The notes under the pieces are model-generated. The model was not told the DNA's origin and did no database searches. It saw only the letters and a list, made by a program, of their open reading frames with translations. The position numbers and the translations under genes were made by a program. DNA of 24,000 nt. It comes from Planctomycetota bacterium (GTDB lineage Bacteria; Planctomycetota; Phycisphaerae; UBA1845). Of the stretch, positions 1 through 6,262 are shown piece by piece; position 1 is the first letter of the stretch; each line of letters begins with the position of its first letter. The stretch covers positions 710 through 24,709 of the forward strand of contig JADFPW010000010.1 of the NCBI GenBank assembly GCA_022562105.1, written 5' to 3'.

Positions 1-1013
1 GGGCCATGGGCGAGTTCTTCGCCGCCCTGTCGGGCAACCAACTGGGGATGGCCTACGGTGTCATCGGTCTGGCACTGGTCATGGTGATCTACGAATCGCT
101 CGGAGGGATGCGCAGCGTCGCGTGGACCGATGCCTTTCAGGGTGTGATTCTGATCGTCGTCTTCGCTGTGTTGCTCGTGGTCTTGCGCCAACAATTCGGA
201 CCGTTCGGCGAAGCGACGGCCATCCTCGCGGAGTCAGCCCCACACCTTGTCCAACGCCCCGACGCCGACGGACTGCGAAACTGGTTGAGCTGGATCGTTC
301 TGTTTGGCGGTGGGGCCGCTGTGTATCCAATGGCGTTGCAGCGGATCTACGCCGCCCGCTCAGCCGACAGTCTGCGCCGATCGCTGGCCCTGATGACCGT
401 GATGCCCTATCTGTGTACCCTGGTCGTCTTCATCGCCGGCATCTACGCCGCCGCCCACTTGCACCCGTTACCCAACCGACCCGACCAGGTGCTGCCCGCG
501 TTGTGCCTGCAGATCGTCGACGCCTCGCCCATCGGATACGCCCTCGTTCTGGCCCTCTTCGCCGCCGTGCTGGCTGCCTTGATGAGCACCGCCGACTCTG
601 CCCTGTTGGCCATGTCGAGCATGCTCACACGCGACGTCTACTCCCAATACGTCGCCCGCGATCGGAGTCAGGATCACTACGCCCGTGTCGGAAAAATCGT
701 CTCGTGGATGTTGATGGCTGTTCTGGTGGCCATCGCCCTCGCCGATCTTCCCGGCTTGAAGGCGATCATGGTGATCAAGCTGGCGGTGCTGGTCCAGGCG
801 GCCCCGGCGTTCTTCCTCGGCGTCTGCAGCCGGGCTCGTAGCCAAGCCGTTCTAGCTGGACTGATCGCCGGCTTGGTCACCGCCGTCACCCTCACCCTGA
901 CGGATCACCAACTCGTGGCTGGCATACACGCCGGCACCATCGGGCTTGCGTTAAACGTATTGACCGTTGCCACCATATCTATGATAGGGAGCCGTTGGCC
1001 GCGTCCTCAGTAG
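1..1013 (+). CDS. sodium:solute symporter (SSS) family transporter, 5'-truncated by the window edge
   Basis: The frame is open from the window edge to TAG at 1011-1013. The protein is very hydrophobic and multi-TM. It contains 'GGMRSVAWTDAFQG', which resembles the conserved mid-protein SSS motif, so the true N-terminus lies upstream of the window. Confidence 0.75.
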   Translation, partial: AMGEFFAALSGNQLGMAYGVIGLALVMVIYESLGGMRSVAWTDAFQGVILIVVFAVLLVVLRQQFGPFGEATAILAESAPHLVQRPDADGLRNWLSWIVLFGGGAAVYPMALQRIYAARSADSLRRSLALMTVMPYLCTLVVFIAGIYAAAHLHPLPNRPDQVLPALCLQIVDASPIGYALVLALFAAVLAALMSTADSALLAMSSMLTRDVYSQYVARDRSQDHYARVGKIVSWMLMAVLVAIALADLPGLKAIMVIKLAVLVQAAPAFFLGVCSRARSQAVLAGLIAGLVTAVTLTLTDHQLVAGIHAGTIGLALNVLTVATISMIGSRWPRPQ

Positions 1014-1075
1014 CCCTTCGTCCGTTGGCCCCTTCTTCACTCACACATTCCGAAGCGGGCGAGGTTGAAACCGAC

Positions 1076-1654
1076 TCAGAATGCGCCGCTCAGAAGGTCG
1101 AGGCCGGTGATCGGGCTGCGGAGCTGTTGAATGTGCGACACACGCCAGCCTTGATCGACCGATTCGAGACGCAACAGCCACAAGGTCACAATCCGAGGAT
1201 AAATGGACGACTTAGCGACCACTCGACAAATCGCCCGAAAACGCACACGAACTATGGATTCGCCGAACTCCACATCGATATCGCGCAGGCGCAGCTCCTC
1301 GACGTGATACTTGTTCAACATATCTGAGAGTCGAGCAAGCAAGGCAGCTTTGTTCAGCGCCGTTTCCTGGGCCGACTGGGCGATGATGTCGTCCGAAAGA
1401 TAATCAGCCAGTCGATCGGTGTCGGCGTCCTCCACCGCCGAGGCTAACTGCCGACAGACCAGGACGATGCGCTCGCGATCGGTGGTCACCAAAGACTGCA
1501 CCACGATCATCAAGGGAAACAGAATCAGTCCCAGCCGCGCTGCTTGGCGGGTCGCCGGGGTTGGCCACCGGCGCCATATCAGCAGAAGAACCAGCTCAGC
1601 CAAGACGACGGCAGGGATCAAATAGGCGGGACGCTCGAACAGTAGTGCTTGCAT
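1076..1654 (-). CDS. hypothetical membrane-anchored protein (two N-terminal TM helices plus a ~130-aa soluble domain)
   Basis: The ORF-track frame is 1076..1894. Its first 80 codons are Arg/Gly/Pro-rich with no protein-like character. I therefore start at the internal ATG (minus strand 1654..1652), giving 'MQALLFERPAYLIPAVVLAELVLLLIW...'. No family motif was recognised. Confidence 0.55.
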   Translation of the reverse strand: MQALLFERPAYLIPAVVLAELVLLLIWRRWPTPATRQAARLGLILFPLMIVVQSLVTTDRERIVLVCRQLASAVEDADTDRLADYLSDDIIAQSAQETALNKAALLARLSDMLNKYHVEELRLRDIDVEFGESIVRVRFRAICRVVAKSSIYPRIVTLWLLRLESVDQGWRVSHIQQLRSPITGLDLLSGAF

Positions 1655-2013
1655 TACAAATACTCCAGGCGCACGATCGGGCGACCGGCAGTCCGCCGCC
1701 CCCCCACGGGACCGCCCCGACCACCGCCTCCTCGCCCGCCACTGCGGAACCCTGGCGGGGTACGGCAAACGACCTCCCAGACTCGGATATCGGCCGCGAG
1801 AACCCCCAAGCATCGAGCCAGGGCCGCTAGGGGACCGACAGGCTCGCTGCCGGGCCTCCGTCCATAGTCTAGCGCGGCCGCGGGCGGCGATCACGAACCA
1901 CAGGGTGATTCAGTTCGTATTCTCAAGGTAATGCGACACTCCCGCCGACCGGGCAGGGCCTGCTTGACCCGGTGTAGCCCGTTGCGCTACCCTGGGGGCC
2001 TGTCGCAGGTTAC

Positions 2014-2058
2014 GGACCGTGCCGGGCCGGCATCGAGCCGCACGGTTCCTCGTTTTTT
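2014..2058 (+). promoter_or_regulatory. terminator-like hairpin plus T6 run in the 5' leader of the ATPase gene (possible attenuator or riboswitch expression platform)
   Basis: A 9-bp stem pairs 2014-2022 (ggaccgtgc) with 2040-2048 (gcacggttc), including one G-U pair. TTTTTT follows at 2053-2058 and a GGAG at 2066-2069, just before the GTG at 2081. The upstream gene is divergent, so this is not its terminator. Confidence 0.3.
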
Positions 2059-2080
2059 GCGTCCTCCGGAGTATTCGATC

Positions 2081-4105
2081 GTGCCAAGCCATTCGCTGAA
2101 CGTGGACTCATCCGCCCCTGGGCAGACCGCAAGATCTACGGGCCTGTTCATCTTTGCCTTCATGGGCGGCGCATTGGTCGCCTGCTCCTTTCTGGCTGAG
2201 TACTTGTTCCAGGATTCGCGAATTCGGGACGCGTCCGGTGCCCTGGGGATTCCGCAGGCCCAGGTGCTGGCACTTCTCGGCGCCGTGGCCCTGGGGATCC
2301 CGCTGATCGTCCAGGCCCTTCGACACCTGGCCGCCGGCGAGATGCACATGGACGAACTGGTCGCCTTGGCGATCGTGGCCGGCATCGCCCTGGGACGCTA
2401 TCAGGAAGCCGGCATCGTCGCGTTCTTCATGATCGTCTCCAATCTGATCGAGACGCGAACCGCCGCCGGTGCCCGGGCATCGATCGCCGCCCTGCTCAAG
2501 CTGACGCCGGAGCAAGCCCATCGCCTGGAAGAGGACGGCTCGGAGCAGATCGTCGAAGCCAAGGAGTTACGACCGGGTCAGACCATCCGCGTGCGTCCCG
2601 GCGACAACATCCCCGCCGACGGCGAGGTGATCCGCGGCGAGTCCAGCGTCAATCAGGCCAACATCACCGGCGAGTCGTTGGCGGTCGACAAGAACGTCGG
2701 CGACGAGGTGTTCAGCGGCACGACCAACCTGACCGGCGCCCTGGACATCCGGGTCACCAAAGCGGGCGCGGATACCACGCTCGGCCGTGTCCAGGAGTTA
2801 ATCCTCGACGCGGAGCGCACGCGAATCCCATTGATGCGGCTCATCGATCGCTACGCGGGCTGGTATACGCCGACGATTTTGATGTTGGCCGGCGTGGTGT
2901 TGTTCTTCGCCGAGGATCGCACCGAGGGCATGAAGCGGGCGATCACCATGCTGATCGTAGCCTGCCCCATCGCCCTGGTGCTGGCCACGCCGACCGCGGT
3001 GGTGGCTGCGTTGAGCAGCGCGTCGCGCCTGGGAATCCTCATCAAGAACATTGTCAACCTGGAATACGCCCGCTCGTTAACCGCCATCGTATTCGATAAG
3101 ACCGGCACGCTGACCACCGGTGTGCTGTCGGTCACCCAAATGAAGCCAGCCCCCGATGTTGATGGGGCGGAGCTGTTGAGATTAGCCGCCTCGGCCGAAC
3201 AGCTCAGCAAGCACCCGGTCGCCAAAGCGCTGGTATCGGTAGCCAAGGACGCTCGCGTGCAACTCGCCACGCCGGAGGGCTTCGAGGAGGTCGCCGGTCG
3301 GGGAGTCAAAGTTCAACTCGACGGCGATTCGATCATGGTCGGTCGCAGCACCTGGCTGGCGGAAAAAGGGGCAGACCTGAGCCTGCTAGACCAAGCCGGC
3401 TACGAGGAGGTCGAGGGGCTGAGCATGCTCTACGTCACCCGCAACGGCACGTGCGTCGGCTGGATCGGATTGGAAGACAAGACCCGCCCCGAAGCCCGCG
3501 AAGCGATTGACGATCTGCGCTCGTTGGGCATTCACAATCTCACCATGGTCACCGGCGACAAGCGTTCGGTCGCCCACCGAGTGGCCGCCGAGATGGGATG
3601 CAGCGACGTCTATGCCGAGTGCCTGCCGGCCGAGAAACTCGAGCTGGTCAACGCTCTCAAGGCGCGTGGCCACATCGTGGCGGTGGTCGGCGATGGAGTC
3701 AACGACGCCCCTGCGTTGGCTGCTGGTCACTTGGGAATCGCCATGGGCGCCGCCGGCAGCGACGTCGCCATCAACTCCGCCTCGATTGCCCTGATGAACA
3801 ACGACCTGCGTCGCCTGGGATTCCTGGTTCGTCTCTCCCGGGCCACTACTCGAATCATCTGGCAGAATCTAATCTTCGGCGGCGTCTTCATCATCGTCAC
3901 CGAAGCCTTGGCCATTCGCGGCGTTCTGTCGCCCATCGCCGGAGCCATGCTGCACACCGTTGCAACGGCCGTGGTGATTTTCAACAGCGCCCGCCTCGTG
4001 CCATTTGGCGAGCACCTACAGGCCCACCAGACCGCTTCAAGCCAACCACCAACACCGCGCCGCGAGGAGGCGGTAACTGCTCCGCAACCGGCCATGGCAA
4101 CCTGA
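2081..4105 (+). CDS. heavy-metal-translocating P-type ATPase (P1B class), no N-terminal metal-binding domain, non-canonical CPI transmembrane motif
   Basis: Motifs present: TGES ('NITGESLAV'), DKTGTLT (from 3095), SxHP ('SKHPVAKAL'), 'VTGDK' and 'GDGVNDAPALAA'. The layout is an 8-TM-like P1B architecture with 4 TM before the actuator domain. TM4 reads 'ACPIAL' (CPI at 2963-2971). The start is uncertain: the ORF is open from 1931, and I chose the in-frame GTG at 2081, which is preceded by GGAG. Confidence 0.88.
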   Translation: MPSHSLNVDSSAPGQTARSTGLFIFAFMGGALVACSFLAEYLFQDSRIRDASGALGIPQAQVLALLGAVALGIPLIVQALRHLAAGEMHMDELVALAIVAGIALGRYQEAGIVAFFMIVSNLIETRTAAGARASIAALLKLTPEQAHRLEEDGSEQIVEAKELRPGQTIRVRPGDNIPADGEVIRGESSVNQANITGESLAVDKNVGDEVFSGTTNLTGALDIRVTKAGADTTLGRVQELILDAERTRIPLMRLIDRYAGWYTPTILMLAGVVLFFAEDRTEGMKRAITMLIVACPIALVLATPTAVVAALSSASRLGILIKNIVNLEYARSLTAIVFDKTGTLTTGVLSVTQMKPAPDVDGAELLRLAASAEQLSKHPVAKALVSVAKDARVQLATPEGFEEVAGRGVKVQLDGDSIMVGRSTWLAEKGADLSLLDQAGYEEVEGLSMLYVTRNGTCVGWIGLEDKTRPEAREAIDDLRSLGIHNLTMVTGDKRSVAHRVAAEMGCSDVYAECLPAEKLELVNALKARGHIVAVVGDGVNDAPALAAGHLGIAMGAAGSDVAINSASIALMNNDLRRLGFLVRLSRATTRIIWQNLIFGGVFIIVTEALAIRGVLSPIAGAMLHTVATAVVIFNSARLVPFGEHLQAHQTASSQPPTPRREEAVTAPQPAMAT

Positions 4106-4141
4106 CGTGCGGCGATTGCTAGCTACCCGCTGAGAATGTAG

Positions 4142-4162
4142 CGGCCGGCGCCTCGCCGGCCG
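4142..4162 (+). terminator. GC-rich hairpin downstream of the ATPase stop (possible terminator, no T-tract)
   Basis: A perfect 9-bp stem cggccggcg / cgccggccg with loop cct lies 37 nt after the TGA at 4103-4105. Confidence 0.3.
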
Positions 4163-4436
4163 TGGCAACGCGACTGGACATCCCAGGACGAGTGTGTCCG
4201 TCCCGCGGCCCCGGTTTCCCAATCCACAAATCCGACCTTGCCAACGCCGGCCCACTGAGGTATCCTGCCCGTAGCTGAATCCGTCGAGGCACCGCCGGTA
4301 CTTCGCCATATTTGCTGACGCCGGGAGGCCCGACGCCGTGGTCCGACTGGCGCGAGAACTTCAATTTGCTCGCCGTTCTGCTGGTAGACGAACTGGGCTT
4401 ATGCGAGACCAGTGAAGGGGTGGGGCTGGAGGTGAC

Positions 4437-4940
4437 GTGACAGCTAACCGAATCTTGGACGTCGTCTTGACCATCGTGGCGTTCATTGTCGTTCCGGTTC
4501 AGTTGGTGACGACTTTCGCGCTTGGCATTCTAGTGAATGTTACGTTTGGGCTCCTTCTACTGCCAATCAGCGCTGTGGGGGGAATCTTCCTTGGACCACT
4601 GATAGGTCTCTCTTGGTTGTGCAATAAGGTACCGGTGCTCCGCAATCCACTCGGTATTCTCTTTCTGCCGTGGGCAGTGTTGGGGGAAACTTTTGTAGCC
4701 CTTACGCCGTCGATGGGCGAGCTAGAGAATCGCGCTGCGAAGATGATGATATGCCGAGCGTGGCCGTTTAGTTGGGAATTCTGGGAATTCTGGGGCGGTC
4801 CCAGCGATCTAGTCACCTCGGATACTCCGGAGGCAACAGTGCTGCGAGAGGTTCTCGCACGAGCGTCGCGCGGGGATGCCCTCACGCAAAGGATGCTAGC
4901 CCGATTGATGAATGGAGAAGAATTGGATCCTGGTCTTTGA
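4437..4940 (+). CDS. hypothetical 3-4 TM membrane protein with a Trp-rich juxtamembrane segment and a ~75-aa soluble tail (low-GC islet gene 1)
   Basis: A GTG start at 4437 sits 5 nt after GGAGG (4427-4431). Hydrophobic helices include 'ILDVVLTIVAFIVVPVQLV', 'FGLLLLPISAVGGIFLGPLIGLSWL' and 'LGILFLPWAVLGETFVAL'. GC is about 48-55% on hand-counted lines. No motif was recognised. Confidence 0.6.
   Translation: MTANRILDVVLTIVAFIVVPVQLVTTFALGILVNVTFGLLLLPISAVGGIFLGPLIGLSWLCNKVPVLRNPLGILFLPWAVLGETFVALTPSMGELENRAAKMMICRAWPFSWEFWEFWGGPSDLVTSDTPEATVLREVLARASRGDALTQRMLARLMNGEELDPGL
4773..4795. repeat. in-frame tandem 9-bp repeat (tgggaattc x2 plus tgggg) encoding WEFWEFW
   Basis: Read directly: tgggaattc at 4773-4781, tgggaattc at 4782-4790, tgggg at 4791-4795. 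It contains two GAATTC sites and lies inside the 4437..4940 CDS. Confidence 0.9.
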
Positions 4941-5075
4941 TTGGTCGTGCAGATTCTCGCCCGCTCGATTCAACTTGCGCACCGACAGGGATCGCTGAAG
5001 ATTCCCCGTGCCAAGTCACGCGGGGGAACGAGGAATGCGAGAGACTGGAGAGCAAGTAGACAAGCGGAGGATGTC

Positions 5076-5336
5076 GTGACACCAATTCGCAGGCTCGATG
5101 AGCTGACGGACAAACTCGCAGACGTTGCGAAACAGGTCTATGTCGATGGCGATTGCATCGTCATCAATGTGGTATGTGCATACGAAATCCCTCTCGGTGC
5201 ATGCAACACACCAGAACTCATTCTTGGTTGGGTGACCCATCTCTGTGAGAAGAACTGGATAACACGGGAGGTAATCCATCGCTTCGTTGCTCTCGCCGCA
5301 GGCGAGAACGGCGTGAAAATCAGACGTAGCGACTGA
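5076..5336 (+). CDS. hypothetical small soluble protein, 86 aa (low-GC islet gene 2)
   Basis: A GTG at 5076 sits 5 nt after GGAGG (5066-5070). The ORF-track frame 4941..5336 starts immediately after the stop of the previous gene, but residues before 5076 are Arg-rich and look non-coding. The sequence 'VVTPIRRLDELTDKLADVAKQVYVDGDCIVINVVCAYEIPLGACNTPELILGWVTHLCEKNWITREVIHRFVALAAGENGVKIRRSD' has no motif I recognise. Confidence 0.5.
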   Translation: MTPIRRLDELTDKLADVAKQVYVDGDCIVINVVCAYEIPLGACNTPELILGWVTHLCEKNWITREVIHRFVALAAGENGVKIRRSD

Positions 5337-5442
5337 ACACTCATTAGGCCGGATCATTGACCTGAGTTTGTCATCGCAAGCACCGAGAAGTTGCAGAAGG
5401 CGAATCACCGGCCCCGCTCACCCGACATCTTTGATTCTACAA

Positions 5443-5718
5443 TCAGGGCTTTGCCGGTTCGGTCCTTGGCGGCGCGGGTGCGCCCGCCAATAATCCTCTT
5501 GTGCTCAAGTCCTCGTCGATGTCCGGCCAGTGAATCCCGAATCCGCCGCCGCACGACTGCCAGTTCCGGCGCTGGGGCGATGTCGCGCCGAGCAGGCGAG
5601 GATACCACGCGAGAGGAACGGTGATCGTCCGGCCGTCGGCGAGGTCGATGCTCATCGTGTCGTCGTCGAAGCGGACATCCGCAACTCGCTCGCCAAGTCC
5701 AAACTCCGAAGTAGTCAT
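5443..5718 (-). CDS. DUF2442 domain-containing protein (orphan; the usual DUF4160 partner is not present)
   Basis: The sequence 'VRFDDDTMSIDLADGRTITVPLAWYPRLLGATSPQRRNWQSCGGGFGIHWPDIDEDLSTRGLL' matches my recollection of the DUF2442 pattern (DGR..VPL..YPRL..AT..QR.NW...G.GIHWPD.DEDLS). ATG is at 5718..5716 and the stop at 5445..5443. Confidence 0.8.
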   Translation of the reverse strand: MTTSEFGLGERVADVRFDDDTMSIDLADGRTITVPLAWYPRLLGATSPQRRNWQSCGGGFGIHWPDIDEDLSTRGLLAGAPAPPRTEPAKP

Positions 5719-5804
5719 TCCACCGGTCTATCGTACCTGTACTCCAATCCGGCAGCAACGGTGTGGCCCGCTGCCTCCCCCGTCAGGATTGAGGGCCGAG
5801 TTCT

Positions 5805-5908
5805 CGCCCCGGCGGGGCGATGGGCTGTAGCCACGGGTGGAGTCCGCCGGTGGCGGACGGAACCCGTGGAAAACCGGTCCATCATCTCCCTTTCGCCCCG
5901 GAGGGGCG
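5805..5908. repeat. tripartite GC-rich hairpin element, copy A (mini-hairpin, nested long hairpin, mini-hairpin)
   Basis: Mini-hairpin cgcccc-ggc-ggggcg lies at 5805-5819. The long hairpin has outer arms ccacgggt (5831-5838) and acccgtgg (5862-5869), with inner stem gtccgcc-ggt-ggcggac at 5842-5858. A second mini-hairpin cgcccc-gga-ggggcg lies at 5894-5908. Confidence 0.85.
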
Positions 5909-6000
5909 AAGGATTCGGGCGCTGCGGTGACAACTGGGCGATACTCGTAGCATGCTGGAAGCTGGTTCTGGGGCCGTTCTTTCTGCCGTAGGGATTCCTC

Positions 6001-6114
6001 CGCCCCTCCGGGGCGGGAGGGTTGAGGCGCGAATGAGTCCACGGGTTGCGTTCCGCCCGCTTGGCAGCGGGCGAAGCTTCACCCGTGGCTACACTCCGTC
6101 GCCCCTCCGGGGCG
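6001..6114. repeat. tripartite GC-rich hairpin element, copy B (inverted relative to copy A)
   Basis: Mini-hairpin cgcccc-tcc-ggggcg lies at 6001-6015. The long hairpin has the same outer arms, ccacgggt (6039-6046) and acccgtgg (6081-6088), with inner stem cgcccgc/gcgggcg. A second mini-hairpin cgcccc-tcc-ggggcg lies at 6100-6114. The reverse complement of copy A shares 'cgcccctccggggcg', 'ccacgggtt' and 'acccgtggctaca' with copy B in the same order and with mirrored spacers (11/24 nt versus 23/11 nt). Confidence 0.85.
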
Positions 6115-6195
6115 TCTGCCCGTGCGCGTACGCATACGGGCGCCGGGTGCCAGGGCCACGCTTGTCGTTGGCATGTTCTTTTGGATCAGCAACAA

Positions 6196-6222
6196 CCATG
6201 GCCACGCAAGCGTGGACCATGG
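6196..6222 (-). terminator. hairpin downstream of rmuC (possible terminator)
   Basis: The arm ccatggccacgc (6196-6207) pairs with gcgtggaccatgg (6210-6222), giving a 12-bp stem with a one-base bulge. It lies about 40 nt downstream of the rmuC stop on the minus strand, followed there by ttgttg. There is no strong U-tract. Confidence 0.3.
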
Positions 6223-6262
6223 CATCCAGTGTTGATGCTCCTCGTGCCACCCACGCGTCCGG

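Noticed and set aside
1655-1894. N-terminal extensions offered by the ORF track: 1655-1894 on the minus-strand gene, 1931-2080 on the ATPase, 7301-7843 on HupE/UreJ, 16804-16941 on the TPR gene, 21692-21751 on usp and 22966-23094 on the propeller gene.
   Set aside because: The extensions are Arg/Pro-rich, lack hydrophobic or conserved features, or overlap a better gene on the other strand (7301-7606 overlaps rmuC). Internal starts give sensible N-termini such as signal peptides, TM helices, or an SD just upstream. The starts remain uncertain without homologue alignment.
4119-4364. Minus-strand ORFs 4037..4309 and 4119..4364 in the gap between the ATPase and the low-GC islet.
   Set aside because: They are Arg/Gly/Pro-rich and featureless, overlap the ATPase 3' end or its putative terminator hairpin, and lack a ribosome-binding site. 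They are most likely non-coding.
4938-4940. A single in-frame TGA separates ORF 4437..4940 from ORF 4941..5336, raising the possibility of read-through, selenocysteine, or one split gene.
   Set aside because: Both ORFs sharing a frame has a 1-in-3 chance expectation. The 45 codons after the TGA are Arg-rich and non-protein-like. A perfect GGAGG plus GTG start at 5076 explains the second ORF. No SECIS-like hairpin is evident right after the TGA.
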